A stretch of DNA of 64,000 nucleotides. Source: the human T2T-CHM13v2.0 reference genome, Homo sapiens. Shown here one piece after another: positions 31,962 through 49,241 of this stretch. The translations under genes were made by a program, and so were the position numbers. Within the stretch, counting starts at the first letter, position 1. Each line of letters starts with the position of its first letter. The DNA is taken from assembly GCF_009914755.1 (NCBI RefSeq), contig NC_060930.1. One strand, 5' to 3'. Below the pieces are notes generated by a model. That model did not search any database, was not told the DNA's origin, and saw nothing but the letters and a program-made list of their open reading frames with translations.

Positions 31962-33944
31962 CTACAGAAATGAGACAAAAGAGAAAAGACACATTTAGTT
32001 TCTTAAAATTTCTTCAGAAACATTTAAGTATTCGACATTTACTGTTAACCTATGTACCAGGTTCTTAGGCTAGATTAAGGAAATGAAAAGATGAAGTAGT
32101 TACAACCTGTGCCCTCAAGGAGTAGGAAGAACACATAAAAAATCAACAACCTCAGCTTAAGTGACCCATCTTATAGAAGTGGCATGTTCAAGGGGCCATG
32201 AAGGGCCTTTCCCATGGCTGCACCAGTTTACACATAAAGCAACCACGTGGAAGCACGACTGGAGTCTAAAGTCTTGGATCTGAGTTCTTACAAAGCACCA
32301 TTGGCTTAGAATATATTTCAAATGTATTAATTTCTTTCTTGCTTTGGTATATTCAACATCATTTAATCTTTCTTTGGGGTCACTGAGTCTCTGCAGTAGC
32401 CCCAGGTCCTGACAACAAACATCAACCCTAACTGAATATTATGTAACAGCAGACCATGGAAATCAAAAAGACTTCAACGTATGTTCAGTACAAGTCACTT
32501 TTCTGAATAAGCCCTGATAAATGCTTTTGGGGGTGGGGTGCTGGAGGGAGGCTGTAGTTTGCTTTATTATGCTGAAATTCAAATTAAAAAAAATCAATTA
32601 AACAGGAGTTCTGGTTACTTTAACTCTAATTTATCTACATCTAACTTTTATTGGATCCATTCTAGGCGAACATCAGAGGCCTATCTGCCCACTTCATTAT
32701 CGTCTGCATGTTGGGAATTCATTTCCATCCCAGAAGACCTTCTGAGTCATATTCACCATGAGACAAATATACAATCCATTTTAAATTTTTCTGTGCTCAT
32801 ATAAAATTGATAGGTTAATTTTATTTTATGTTATTTTATTTTCCATTAAGCCATTTGGATTAGTAATAGGTTAAATTTCGTAAAATAAAAATAATTTTTT
32901 GAAAATTGTCAGGCTGTTTGGTCTAAGATTATATATTGCTAATTCCTAACTCTTAGGTTGGATGTATTTCTAAAGTTTTCAGGCCATCTCTCTGCTTTCA
33001 TATCAGTCTTTTTCTTCTTCAATGGTTTAAGAGTCTGTATTTCTTCAAAAACTTCTTTGGTGAACATTGTAACAGCAAAAGACACAGACAGACCTGGGTT
33101 CAAAAGTGAGACTTGGTACATAACCAGTTGAGTGGCGAGAAAGTTATTTGGCCTCTCTAAGTAGGTCACATGGGGTAATAATACTGCCTAACTCACAGAA
33201 TTGTTGAAAGATTAACTGAGAAGACACATGTTAAAAATCTACCATAAGACTTGGCACATAGAAGGTGTTTAACAAGTATTCAAGGCCCTTTCTCCCAGCT
33301 TCTATGCTTTTCTGTGGAGTCCTGGGCATCCCATACCCATAGCACCCATGCAGGTTTGAGTGTGTTTTGGAGTCAGCAAACCTGGTTCTGCCATTTACCA
33401 GCTGAATCCTCAGCATGTCACTTAACATCTCTAAGTCTTAATTTCCCCATCTGTAAATGGGGAAAACATCTACTTTCAGAGCTGTAAAAATTAAACGAGA
33501 TAACGTACAGAAAGGTAGTTCATTGCCTGGCCCACAGCAAGGCACGATAAATGGTAGAAAGTATTTTTAGCTCTCTTCAGGAAACTGGGCTTCTAGTTCC
33601 TCAGGGATTTGAGAGAAAGCAAACCTATGTTAACTTGGTGACGGGGTCCTGGGGGCAAGTGACTAAAGTGGCAGGAAGGTCTGGGTCAGCCGCTGTTTCC
33701 AGAGGTTTTCAGCTCAGCCACAGTTATACCTCCTGGTGCTCTCAGGTAGGATGAACTTATTGATATGATGTTTAGGGTATGGCCTGGTTTGGGAAGAGGT
33801 AATTAGTCCTTCTGATTCAGGGTTTGGGGGAGATGACAGTTTTCTAAGATGTGATGTCTTTCATTATATTAAGTAAATCTGAGCCTTAAAAAAAAAAAAA
33901 ACAAAACCTCAGTAACAATGGGAAAAATAAAACAGGGAGTTGTG

Positions 33945-34260
33945 TTTTTTTTTTTTTGTTTTTTTGTTTTGTTTTTTGAGACAGTTTCGCTCTTGTTGCC
34001 CAGGCTGGAGTGCAATGGCATGATCTTGGCTCACCGGCAACCCCCGCCTCCCGGGTTCAAGCAGTTCTTCTGCCTCAGCTCCCAAGTAGCTGGGATTACA
34101 GGCATGCGCCACCACGCCTGGATAATTTTTTTGTATTTTTAATAGAGACGGGGTTTCTCCATATTTGTCAGGCTGGTCTCGAACTCCCAACCTCAGGTGA
34201 TCTGCCTGCCTCGGCCTCCCAAAGTGCTGGGATTACAGGTGTGAGCCACCACGCCCAGCT
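33945..34260 (-). mobile_element. AluSp/Sq
   Basis: Dimer; tttcgctcttgttgccc and tttctccat diagnostics. Confidence 0.92.
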
Positions 34261-35114
34261 GGGAGTTTTTTGTTTTTTTTAAACAAAGTGCAGGAGATTT
34301 CACTACTTAAGAACACAATGACAACAGGAATTTATTCATTTTCTGATTTCCAAAATTTAAAAACCTGAAAATCCTCATTAACTAGAAGATAGGATTGTAT
34401 ATACCCTTATAAAAGTTCTCATGGAAAAAAAAATTAAAATGACTAGGTGACTTTCCAGTATTATTTATTTGAATCTCTCTTCTTTCATTTAAAAAAAAAA
34501 AAAAAGAAAATTAAGCCATATACTACGATGCTCAGTAAGTCTTTGCTAGCCTTATGAAATCTTTATTGATTATCCTGCTAGCTTGAAAGCTGTATTCCAT
34601 TAGTGTCACATGTGAGTGTTGAGGTAAAGACAAGAGGAAGGATACAAACAAGCACCCTGGTGGTCTGGGACTCTCTTTCCGACATACTCTAAAACAAAAT
34701 ATAGAGGCATCAGACATTTGGAGCCTTCATCTAGTGAAAATTCTGCAGCTCCAGTAAGTGCTGCAATGTGCCTGTGCAATCCACATCGTCTGCCACTCAC
34801 TGATTCCTTCCAACGTCTTCCCACAAAGGCCTTGGTGTTCTCATGGCTTTGTTTCTACTTCTGGCTGTATGGTCCAATACAGTCTTCTCTCAACTGCTCA
34901 GAATAACTGGTCCAACAAATGACCTGTCAATTTAGTCAAAATACTTGCTCTGAGACACGTCTGACTATAACCTTTGCACCATCCTGAGTTTAAATCTCAC
35001 TGAATAATATGGGGACTTGACATCCACAAGGATAATGTATTTCAGTCACTCTTTTTAATAAAATCTGGAATGTGGGCTGTGAAACAGCAAAAGCTTAAAC
35101 TCAGTTCCCAGCTC

Positions 35115-35468
35115 TGTATAGTCCCTTATCCATGGAGGAATACTAGGTTCCCAAGACCCTCCGTGGATGCCTGAATTTGTGGGTAGTCCCCGACCATATA
35201 TACGCTATGTTTTTTGGATCTACTGAGACAGCTCCTATGTGACTGACAGGTGTGCAGCGACTACAGTGTGGATCCACTGGACAAAGGAATGATTCACATC
35301 TCAGGCTGGACAGAGCAGGAGGGCACGAGATTTCATCACACTACTCAGAACAGCATAAAATTTATGAACTGTTTATTTCTGAAGTTTTCCATTTAATATT
35401 TTTGGACTACAACTGACCGTAACTGAAACCTCAAAAAGCGAAATCATGGATAAGGAGGAACTACTGCA
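35115..35468 (+). mobile_element. MER44/Tigger7-family DNA transposon
   Basis: Terminal inverted repeats tagtcccttatccatg ... catggataaggaggaacta. Confidence 0.8.
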
Positions 35469-35580
35469 TACATGCTTCTCGGCTACAGTCTTCAACTGGA
35501 CTTTGTGGGCATACAGCCCCTTTGTGGACATAGACTTGTGAGGACACAGCTTTGGGGGAGTGACCTAGAACACAGAACTA

Positions 35581-35659
35581 GAGGTTGAACCACATGAAAT
35601 AGCCTTTTATGTAGTAAAAAATGGTTAAAATTTAACAACTTTTATGTTTCAATCTAATA
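35581..35659. mobile_element. MADE2 mariner MITE
   Basis: ~80-bp imperfect palindrome aggttgaaccacatgaaat ... tttatgtttcaatctaata. Confidence 0.75.
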
Positions 35660-38310
35660 GTTTAAATAAATCTGTATAGAAAAGAGTTACCATATCAGGC
35701 CTGAGACTGCTGTCCTTATTATTTTGTATATATTTATATATATTTATTCCTTACATTTATTTATTCAAATATACCTGCCAGGAGTATTGTAACACTCGAA
35801 TCATAGGTATGAAGTGTTTTATCCAATGTGATTTATAAAATTTGCATTAGAACAAGAAGGACATAAAGCAACAGCAACACTCCTAATGACATTCCTGATT
35901 ATTCCACATAATGGAGAATTTCTCCTTAGTTTAAATTCCTCATAATTATAAGTGAAGTTGGGCAGCAATGATCAAAGCTTATGGGAGTTAGCATAAGACA
36001 AACCTGGATTTCATTTCCCACACTACCTCAGTTTTCTTCCTACTTGCATTTATTCGAACAGTACACTACTCCATGGGACATCTTGAGCTCGATGCTGGAA
36101 GTAATATTATTAGGGGTATAATGTATCTCCTTCTACCACTTCTTTTTCCTTTTCTTGTCCTATGTTTCTAGGTTACACTGTATTCTGGAGCTTCTGATTC
36201 CTCCAATACTATCTCCTCTCTTCAAAAATCATCTCCTAGTATGGCCTGAAATACTATCTGTACATCAGTCACTGTCGAGTGTGCATTTATAAATATGTGC
36301 TCTCAACAAAGTTCCCGTCTTCAACCTCTAGGGAATATCTGCTCATGTATTTCTGCTATCATTTGAATGTCCTCACAAAAAAGCCAACCCCCTAATGTCA
36401 GTCTCTTTGTCACAATCAACAGAACCACCAGCCTCAGAAATGTTAAGTAATTTTAAGGAATTAAGTAATTTTTTCAACATTTACAATACCTCCATGGGCC
36501 AGACACTGTGCTACGCAGTGAGAATACAAAGGTTATATGACATACTATCTGCTTTCAAGATGCTTATCATCCTTTGGAGGAGAGACAGTGTGCACATACA
36601 TGAAATTGCAACAATAGACCGATTCAATTTTCTAAAAAATCCATAAACCCACAGAGGTTTAATAACCAAATAAATGATATAGATAGTGTTACAGGAATTT
36701 GGAGTGGAAGAAGGAGCCACAAGGCACAGCAGTCCCTGGGCAAAGAGCTTGCAGACCAGAAAGCATCCAGATAAGTGAAGAATAATGTGGAGAAGTTCCC
36801 TCACTGGGATGGAGCACGAGCAAAACTACCAAGGCAAAGAGGCAGGAGAGACAATCAGGACTGTCTGGTCAGAACAGCAGGTTTAGGAAGGGAGGCAGTT
36901 GAAAATATGACAAGAGAAACTGGCTAAGGTCAATGTCTCTTTGAATTCTGAGAGTGTGGACTTTCTCGTGAAGGCAATGGAAAGTCACTGAAGTATATAT
37001 CACATGGAACTTCCAGCTGTGAACTACTTTAGCTTCAGTGGATTCTGTGTAAATGGAAAGTGAAGTCTAACAAGCCTGCTGGAAATGAATTTAAAAAGGA
37101 TCTCATCTTAAAGAAAACAATAAAAGGAAATCAGACAAAAACAGACATGCTAAGAACTCTGCCTTCTATAGAATTTAGTAACTAGTCAGGTTCTTCCACT
37201 TACCCGTATCGTGTACCAAGAGATAAGTATTTGACCACTACGTGGTAAAAAGTAACATGAATATGGTGAAACTTATGTCTGTCCCTGAAGAAACAAGAAG
37301 TAGGGGAAGAGTAGAGTCAGTGTGGTCACCCTAGAAGAAGTCAAGGACAGCTCACGCAGCACTATATAGGGACCCTCCACCGGAAATGGGACTCCAGCCA
37401 CAAACTCCTGGGAGGATGAGCAGCTGGCAGGCCAGATAAGGAAATGGGCCTGTTGGGAAATAGGTAGGGCATATTTTTGAAGGTCATTTTGCAGGGAGTG
37501 AAGAAGATAAAATATGGGAAACTGATTGATGTTATTAATCTTTTGTAGACCCTCACTTAATGGGGAAGCAGCTGCTTCATGGGGCATGCCTACAGGTATT
37601 GTGTCATGGCAATTTAAGTAACTGTCAATGTCAAAAATAGTGCAGTCTCATTTGCTCTTCTATACACACCAGAATAAACCCATTTCATGGTATGGTGCAA
37701 CATCCAGCCACATTCAATCTGACTGACATTTTGAAACAGAAATAACAATCATGAACCATTTATTCACTCTATTGATCAATTCTTGTTGACAAAACATAAA
37801 AAACTAAATAGGATCATCTGATAATGATACATATTTGAGTTATACACAGCACTCTCCCTATTCTGCTGACAGAAATAATTCAATTAAAATCTTCTTTTTC
37901 TTGCATTTCACACATCTATACAGAACACAAAGTTAGGATTTGGTGGCTATGGTAGACTTCAGCAGAGCATAGTAAGAGTGTGGAGGCTTTACAATTTGGA
38001 GTAGCTCATTCAGCAATGACAATGACTGAAAGTCACTTTCTGATTTCTCCATCTCGTCATAATGGAAAAAACCTTAAGATGTATGACCACGATAGAAAAT
38101 GATATTAAACCAAAAGGAAATAAATTTGTTCAATAAAGAGATAGTACAAACCCAACAAAAGACATTGACTTTATAAATACAGTCCAACATGGTGTATAGT
38201 TATATGACACATAGGGACAGAATCTTCCACAGGTATCACTCCTTATTTCTATAACTGCACTAAGACTTGAAGAATGGAACTGAGACACGCAGGTCTTTGT
38301 TAATAATTTA

Positions 38311-38767
<457 letters not shown>

Positions 38768-39474
38768 TCATGTATATAACAGCAAAAGATAATTCTATCA
38801 AAATAGGTTACCAAAATATTCCTAAGGGATAGGACTGGGCCATTTTCCTTCAAGGAGCTGATGTCTAGTCATAGTCATCATATTCTGAGCTTAAACAGTC
38901 TCCAAATAAATGGAACATCGGCATTCAGTCATTGATATCTGGCCAGGTGCAGATCTATGATAATTTTCCACTTGACCAGAGCAACCTCAGGGCAGGGGTC
39001 ATGCCCTTCAGCCTTATAATCTCCAGAATAACATGAGATATTTTTTCTCTTCTGATGTGAAGTAGACGTGACCTTGATCTGAGAACTCTTTTTGTCACCC
39101 TTTCTCTACAATCTTAGCAGTCATCAAAAAATAAGAAAATGTATTCTTTTTCTTTTTACTAATCATCTTATCATTAATATTTTTTATTTCTGGACTTTTG
39201 TCACAGTGTTCCACAAGGCACACATCCATTCCTCTCTTGCATCCTTCATCAAGCATTTGTTCAGTGTCACATATGTGCTGGGTAGTGTGCTAAACACCTC
39301 ACATCAGAAGAGAAAAAATATCTCATGTTAATCTAGGATGATTTCAACATTATATTAGGCAAGACTCAAAATCAAATGGATGTTTTGACCCCACTTCATA
39401 GAAAGGAGCGCTCAGTCTCACCTACAGTGAGAATCTCAGGAATTAGAGTGACACTCTGCAAACACAACAGAATA

Positions 39475-39557
39475 CAGGTCGAGCATCACTAACCCAAAAA
39501 CCTGAAATCTGAAACCCTTCCATTTCCAAACATTTCAGATAAGGGACACTCAAGCTG
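39475..39557. mobile_element. Internally deleted Tigger4/MER46-type element
   Basis: TIRs caggtcgagcatcactaa ... ataagggacactcaagctg. Confidence 0.7.
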
Positions 39558-40984
39558 TTACTGCTTATACTGCATGGAGGAAAGAAAGCATGTGAACATT
39601 ACAGCCTCTGCTGGTAACATCAGACAAGCATCTCAACTTTGGGAAATTTGTAAACCCCAACTCTTTCCCAAGCAGTTAATAAATTTATTTTGATAATCTG
39701 TTATGTAGCCAAATAATTATCCACCCTAGCTAAACATGAGGAAAAGGATATTTCAGAAAAGCACATGTTCCATATATCTTGTGGGAACTGGGGGGAATCA
39801 CCCACTAAGCTCTTTCGTTTACCACTAAAAGCAGCTCCTCGATTCACATCACAAATGCTTTCTGACACATTGCGCTGACAGGAATAAACATTACACACTT
39901 TAAATTCAACCAAAAAGGCTTTTATCTAAAAAATAAGTAAATAAGTAAAACAAAAACCTTCCTTCAGCCAGATGGCAACACTAAAAATAGAAGAGAAAAT
40001 GATATATTTTCCCCTTGCGTTAATATAAATCAGATTAAAAGGCAAGCTTTTTCATCTCCGTTGGTGACTTACCACCAGTCACAATGCTAGCTAGCTACTC
40101 TACAAGCATTATCCCTGCCCCACAACATGAATAATGTTTACAACTAAGCAAAGTACAGGGCAAAGTACACAAAAGGGAGGGCAAAGTCTAACCATATTAA
40201 AGTTTTCCAGTCACACGGAGAAATGGTAAATCAGAGACTGTAGTTATCCATCTATATTTTAACCGCTGGAAACGGAGTTTATCAAATTAGACCCAATTCA
40301 ATTAAAATCAATGTGTAATTAGAAGAAACTATTTAAATAATGTGGAAAAGAAAAATAATTGAACTCAACTTTATTATACTTTGCTTAATTAAAACAACGA
40401 ACTGAAAAGAGGGTGTTTTTACTTGAATAGGATAATGATTTACTTTAAGGAAAACTAAAATGGCTAATGCCAGTATTTTACAAAATGATTACTATTGGCC
40501 ATGAAATAGAAAAGCTTTCATACTTACAAAGTACAGTTATCTAAGTAGAAAATGTACAATACTTAAAAATAGTTCTAAACAGGGGACTCAGTTTTAAATA
40601 TCAGTTTTGTAAATAAATTTGCATGTAATTTTAATCCTATGAGTATTAGTTAACTGAGTTTAATCAGTGAAATAAATACACATATACACTGCTGTCGAAT
40701 ATCAAAAATTAATCATCTCTCCTCTGTAGAAAATATTAAAATATTTTAAATTTCTTATGTAAACTTCGTAAAATTTAATAGGAATGATATGGTAGGTTCT
40801 GAACGTTTATTCCAACTCAAGTAACCACTGAACATTTAACTTAAAGGTTGTCTAAAATTATGGGCCAACGCATTCTCCCCATGCTGTCCTGTGCTGCAGT
40901 CATTTCTGTATCTGTGACTGTGTTCTTTTTTCCCTCACTAGAACACCAGCCTCATCATCTTTGCAACTGTTTACGTCTCATCTC

Positions 40985-41275
40985 TTTTTCTTTCTTAGAG
41001 CAGTTTTAGGCTTACAGCACAATTGAGCAGAAAGTACAGAGTTTCATATGCTGTTGCAGCCCTGCGCCCCCACCGCCTATCCCACCATCAACATCCCACA
41101 CCAGAGTGGTCCACCCGTTACCACTGATGGGCTGACACTGACACGCCATCATCACCCGAAGTCCATAGTTTACATGAGGGGCCACGCTTGACGATGCACT
41201 TTCTACTGGTTTTCATAAATGTATAATGACATGTATATACCATGTAGTAACATGTAGAATTCAATCCATTTATAG
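40985..41275 (-). mobile_element. L1MB/MC 3' fragment
   Basis: ttagagcagttttaggcttacagcacaattgagcagaaagtacagagtt. Confidence 0.8.
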
Positions 41276-41593
41276 TACAACTCGATCCATCATAGTCCAA
41301 CTCAAGTCCCTTTCCCATGAAATCTTTTTAAGCTATTCCTACCACCATCACATTTCTTTCTCTGACTTTTACTGCACTCCAATGCAATCTGTCCCACGCT
41401 ATTTAGCATTTGATTTCATTCTATCTTGTATCATTTTCAGAATGTATGCTTCCAAAATTTCTAAATACTGAGTCCCATGAGAGGCAAAACAAAAAAATGT
41501 GTTCCACATTAAAATAAAACAAAACCAAAACATAATGGGAAATACTTGATGTAACATTTCTCTCTTGGAAATGCATACTACAAGTTTGCATAG

Positions 41594-41980
<387 letters not shown>

Positions 41981-43067
41981 TGATGCTTCTTTTCTAACAG
42001 AACCCTCATTGGCCACTGGACACAGATCTGGCCAAAACTTTGAAGACTGAAGTGGTTAGGTGTGGTTTGTGGGAATGGTCCTTAAGGCACAGCAGACTCT
42101 GGTGTGTGAATTTATTTGCTCTACACCTCTCCTTTTCTTCCTGCTTTGAATGTCGATGTGATGCTTAAGGCAGAGCATCTATCTGGAAACCAGGAGGCTA
42201 TCAGGAGGGAAAGGCTGAGGGAACAACAGAGACTCAGGCCCTGACATCTTTAAGTTGCTGGTCTAGTATCAGCAACTCTTCACTTCTATGTTCCCGATAG
42301 GTTAGAGAAAAGAAAATCCCCAATTTGTTAAAATCATTAAGAAATTCTGTACTCATAAATTAAAAAAAAAATCCCTAAACTGATACAGAGATCCTACTGG
42401 CTACAGAATAAAGTCCATGCATCTTAGCCTTCCAAATGTCTTATTTCTTATTCAGTAACTCTTTTATTTGATCCATCATGAATCCTATGTAGCCTAATCT
42501 GTTCCAAAAGTCAGAAAGCAAAGCAGGTCCTGGTTCGTTATATTAAAGCAGAGCAGCTTTAGATTTGAAAATAGTGAGAGAAGCAATATCAGGAGAAAAA
42601 ATGAGTGAGAGATGCCACATCAAGTTTTAATAACATTTGTAATAGAAATCAGTTCCATAGGAATTCAAACGCCTTAGCAGCCAGTGGAATTCTAAAAAGA
42701 ATGTGAAAGGTTCCCCGATCAAACCCACTAACCTCATATAGCTCCTGATAATTCCTGAGCCACAATTCTTCTCAAATACTTAGTATTCTAAGGTCCTATA
42801 TGAAGTGCAACTCACAGGTTGGTTACAGAAGGGTTAAATTACCTTCTCTCTCAACTGTTCTACAAATAAACCTTTAATACTAGATAGGTATCAACTGCAC
42901 ATTTGCTTATAAAAAGAAAGTAAATTTATCTATTGATTTAGCCTAATTTTACTTTTATTTATTAGATTTTCTATACTACAGAAAGAATATGAAAATAACA
43001 TCTAAAAAGCCCATAATTCTGTGACCCAGGTAGCCCATTTATTCTTTTTATCTTAGAAAGGAAGTGT

Positions 43068-43200
43068 TTTTATTTATTTATTTAAGAGATAGGGTCTCAC
43101 TATGTTGCTCAGGCTGGTCTCAAACTTCTGGCCTCAAGTAATCCTCCCACCTCAGCCTCCTCAGTGGCTGGGATTACAAGTGTGAGTCACTGTGGCTGGC
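43068..43200 (-). mobile_element. FLAM-type Alu monomer
   Basis: Single left arm. Confidence 0.8.
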
Positions 43201-43847
43201 TTTAAGAAAGAAATGTCTATTACATGGTTAGGAAATTCAAAAAAGTACAAAAAGCTATAAAGTGAAAGGTAAAAGCCTTTCCCTTCTTCCTTTCTGAAAA
43301 AAAACTATGTATAAATATATGTATTTGCTTTCCATTTATTCAGAACAATTTACTCTTCTGCCCCTTTCTTTTCTCATTTAGTAATCTATTTTAGTCTACT
43401 TTTCAAGTTCTTTCTTTAACTGCAACTAATTTCATCATTTTCAATATGTGGCTACAGGAATTAGATATTCTAGATTCATCTTCTCATAAGTGCTCTATTA
43501 AATCTTCACTGATGTGTGAGACCACAGTCCTGACTGAGTATTATTTACCTTCTTCTGTCAGCATCTACACCTGATCCCTTGCTCCCAGAGTTGGTAACTT
43601 ACTCTCTTGCACTCTCTGCTTCTGCCAGTCTGAACTCAACTGGAAAAGTCAGCCACTTCCAAGGAAATAACCACAAGGAAAACTCCAAGGAGGCTTTGCT
43701 TTCCTGGTACATAGCGTAACAGTGAACAAAAGTAGGAACAAAACCTTCAAGAAGCCACGCTATTCGGATTGGATCAGAGGCTTAAAAGCAAGGTTTGTTC
43801 CATATGGATACATTTACCATTCCTACCCTTCTTAGTTTTGCAAGCCT

Positions 43848-44639
<792 letters not shown>

Positions 44640-46544
44640 TCAGGCCAGGAAAAAGGGATTTAAATCACAAAGCATTCCTCTGACTCATGTGGGAAAGAAA
44701 ATTGAGATTTAAAACATGTTCCTTTTATTTTTTTAAATCATCTTTCTACTAGGCAAGGAATTTTTTTTTTTTTTTTGAGCTGTTCAATCTCTAATTTGCC
44801 ACATCAATATGTCCCCAAATAAGGGATCTCAAATTTTGGAACCTATTGAACATCTAAATGTAGTAACAAAACAAAAACAAAACAAACTAATGGAAAGGAT
44901 CCCAGTCTGAAAAACACCAAAACAAAAGAGTGGTTTTACAAGCTCTGCCAACTCTCAAAGGCACAAAGTGTGCTATGTGGCAGGCGCCACAACCTGGCAA
45001 ACAGTAGCAGGTCGGAGGAGAGGCTGACTGAGTGGCCCATCAGGGAGCATTCATAGCTGCAGAGTCCACAGACTGCAATTTACATGCTTGCTGTCCAGTA
45101 AGTATTTTCATTTAAAGTATGCTACATCCATTTCAAACAAGAGAATCCAATTACAAATTCTAAATCTGCCTAAGCTATGGGCCCTTTGGGGGTCATGAAG
45201 AGCTCAGCTAACACTAAGCTGACAAATAGGCTCTTTTCTTCTAAATACTTTTAGAATGCATTTTATGTGACCATTTCATACTTTACAACATCCACTTGGG
45301 GGTTGGTGCCTACAATAGTAGGAGAAGCCAGAAGGAGGTTGAGAGATATTGAATGGATAAACTACATGGATACCTTCTCCTAGAAGAAGGAAAAAAGAAG
45401 CCAACAATTACTGAGTGGAGGTTGGGAGGAACCCAGCTACTCTCCTTGCGTCCCAGGGGGCAAAGGGCTGTCACAGGCCTGGCCTATCTCCCCATTCTCT
45501 TCTTTATTGAAACACCTGCTCCTAGATAACCAGTCCTGTTTCCAGAATTGTAGAGGAATCATTATCGGAAAGGAAGATGTCTAAAGAACTGTCTGAGCTT
45601 TCTAATCAAATGTGAATAGATCTCATTTCAGTCTTTGAGTGCCCCCTCAAACTGCCACTTTTCCTAGATGCATTAGGAGTATTCTAAGTAAGTGACATGG
45701 CAATGTGTTTTCTTTTTAGTTTACAAATGATGCATATGCCCTAAACTTCATGACACTTTTTCTGTTATCCTATGTCCTTTATTTTACAGAAGTGGAAAAC
45801 CTTAGAAAAATTTCAAAAGGGTGTGTGCTTTCTGTAAATAGTAAGGTAGGGAGAGGTTTTGATACTGAGTTTGGTTTCCAAGTAGAGGAAAGAAGGAGAA
45901 AAATTATAGTTGGCTGAGGACAGGGTAGGGAGAAAAATTTGAGGAAGCAAGAAAACCTGCTTTAGAAATAGTAGAATCTGAGCAATTTGAAGGTACATCA
46001 TTATACCATTAAAGTAGAATAGATGTTTAATACAAATTGGGTGAATAACTATACACATGTTTTTCATAGGGATTTTATAATAACATTACTATCTAATAGG
46101 TTAAATAGGCTTTTGTGGGTTATCAGTTATACATGAAATATTTTTATAATGTGCAAATGTGTCCCAGCTTTCAAACACCTAATTCATATATGAACTTCTG
46201 GAACATAACCCATTTATTATTGAGAATTATTATTTTAAAAAACAAGCACTATAAGAGTATGGCAAATAGGCATAAGGAAAGGATCATAGGTAATCATATT
46301 TTAGAGCTAGTTAGGAAAGGAAGTTCATTTAATATGTGTGGTTAACTATTTAGATTTTTAAAATGTCTTAGAAATAATCACACCTGTGTTCCTCAATTAA
46401 TACTTTTGGATAAACTATTCAATTTTCTCTAGGCAAGATTTTCTGGCAGGCTAAACTTGACTTTGTAACAAATATTTGTCAGCAAAAATAAGGTAACTAC
46501 TTATGCCTGAAAAAGTTCTATTTTTTAAATATTCTAAAAGATGA

Positions 46545-46849
<305 letters not shown>

Positions 46850-47122
46850 TGAGTTCTTAAAAATCATCTGAAATCACTGTGGACAAGTATTTATTAAACC
46901 TCAAAGCCATCTCTGAAAACAGGAAAGATTCAAAGAATAGCTAATAGCAGTCTTATTACTGAGAGTTGTATTTCACACAAGGAAAATTTACCTTCTCTTT
47001 CTATAGCTCACCAAATTGATTTTAGAAGATTTTGATCATAAGAAAAATCACACTAAAGTAATACATGAACACTGGCCTGCAGAATGGTCAAATTAATGTG
47101 ACCACATTAAAAATGATACAAA

Positions 47123-47486
47123 TGTGAAAGTCACTAGCAGTTTGAGTTCTAATATAGCATCTGTGCAGAGTCCACAAAGCAGGAGTCAGTGCTGTCTTCC
47201 CCTGTGGGCATCATCGGCCACCTTCACCAGTTTTTCATTGCCTCTTGTATCGGAGGAAGGAGCAGTTTCAGCTTTCTGCCCTTCTCAGCACTCCCTGGTA
47301 TAACAGCCCCCTGACCTTGGCTTTGAAGCAGGCGTGAAGGTGGCCAGGAAGTGTTCTTCCACCCTTTAGCTTCACTCCTTTATTTTGTATCCAGTGAAGG
47401 GGCTAGAGAAGCAATTCCATCTCAGCCAGCCCAGGAGGCTCTCCCATCAGAGTTGGTAGAAGCCCCGGCAGGAACCAATGCAGGTT
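47123..47486. repeat. Inverted repeat arm B
   Basis: Shares perfect blocks with arm A, e.g. the 27-nt AAAGGGTGGAAGAACACTTCCTGGCCA (as reverse complement). Confidence 0.93.
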
Positions 47487-49241
47487 TCCTACCTCCATCC
47501 CCAAGCCCTTGGCCCACTTCAAAGAGATGCCTAGAAGCCAAATAGATTTGTTGCTATGAATTTAGTTAGATGACTTATCACTGTGTTGCATAATTCTTTC
47601 CCTAGGGTACAGCTAACACCGGTTCCATCAGGAGCTCCCGAAAGTGCCCTGCTACTTACAATAATCAATACAGGCACCATCTATGCTGGGGTTATAAAAA
47701 TACCAATATTGATCTGATTTACTTCAATCTGAGGTCACTTAGCTAAGATTATGTATAAGAATGACAGTTTCATCTCAATTTTTAGGGATACAGACAGAAT
47801 TCAGTCATTTCATAGGAGCCTACAATGAAACATCAGCTGACAATACATTTTAGTTTCTATTCATCTGGAAATTATCGTAAACCAGCTTTAAAAGTTTGCC
47901 AATTCTTATTTCACTAGGAAAAAAAAAATCTTCACCCATTTTACAAAACTTGACTTTACCAAAAAGCTTAGGCTGATTTTAAAAGCTAGAAAAACTATCC
48001 TAATACTACTCAATGTTCAAAATGTTGGTTATAAATCTTAGTAATTGGTTTTAGATTATTGTAAACCTTTATGACTACCTAAATTCATGCTTCATATTCT
48101 AACTAGAAGTGTCCATGTATGTGCTACATCCAAATACTCATTCAACTTTGCCTAGGAAGGTCTACAGAGAGTCTACTCTCTCTAATATAGTATCAGATTA
48201 ACTCCCTAAGAAAAGCTCCCTGAGTAAAAGAAATAACTCCACCACACCAAAACACCACTGAAAACCCTTAACTGATACTATAAAATAGGAGAAGCACAGA
48301 CAGCTCCAGCTTTCAAAGGAAAATAAGACAGAACTACTGTAGAGAAAAAACATAGTAACAGCAGCATCAGCAACTGTGAGAACCATTTATCGTAATAGGC
48401 ATTGTGCTAGAAGCTTTACATAATCACATCTAATTTCTATAGACACCTTGCAAAGCAGGCAATTAGCATCCACATTTAACACTGAAAACACAGAGGCAGA
48501 AATTAGAAGTGGTCAGAAAGGGTCTGAATCTAACCTGGTTCGACTCCAGAATTTGCTTGGTTTTCATTCATCATGCTCATTCCTGAGAAAGGGATTAGAC
48601 AAACTCACTTGCTGGGCTATCTGGAGAAGAACTAAGATGGGGTTCAGGAACCTGAGTGTAGGTGCATTTTTTTTCTCTCACTTGTTTTTTTCTGATGAGA
48701 GAAAGTAATGAGAGGCCTTGTGCCCATGATGACCTGTCCTGACCCTAGGAGAACTTCCCTCACTGCTTTGTAAAAGTTCAGCCACGCGTGGGCAAGCATG
48801 CATACAGTCACAGTGAGTTTTACTATTTCATAATATTTCATAATATTGATGAATACACAATACAGTCACAGTTAATTATAAAGAAAAACTGACAGGTCAC
48901 CAAGACTACAGAATTTCTAGAACCAAGACCTTCAGGAAAATGATACAAAATCCACTTGCAACAAAAACTGTATTTTTCTTCCTTTTCTTTCTCACCTCCC
49001 TTCCCCCCAACCCCCAGCTTAATTAAAAGGTATAAAGTGAAGAGAGAACAATAAACAATTATCATGGTAATTTGATAGTAGATACAAATGTTTCAACCAC
49101 TTTCTCTGCCAAAATTCAGGCTACAGAATACAGGTGTTCAGAAAGTTACAATGTGCAACTGTTTTAAATCATATTAATTTGTGTTTCATTGAAGTGAGAT
49201 CTTCATTTTATGTTCAACTGCACTATTGATAGGTTAATACC

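Noticed and set aside
31798-31992. 64-aa ORF as a stand-alone gene
   Set aside because: Only 31863-31961 is exonic; the rest is intron read-through beyond the splice sites.
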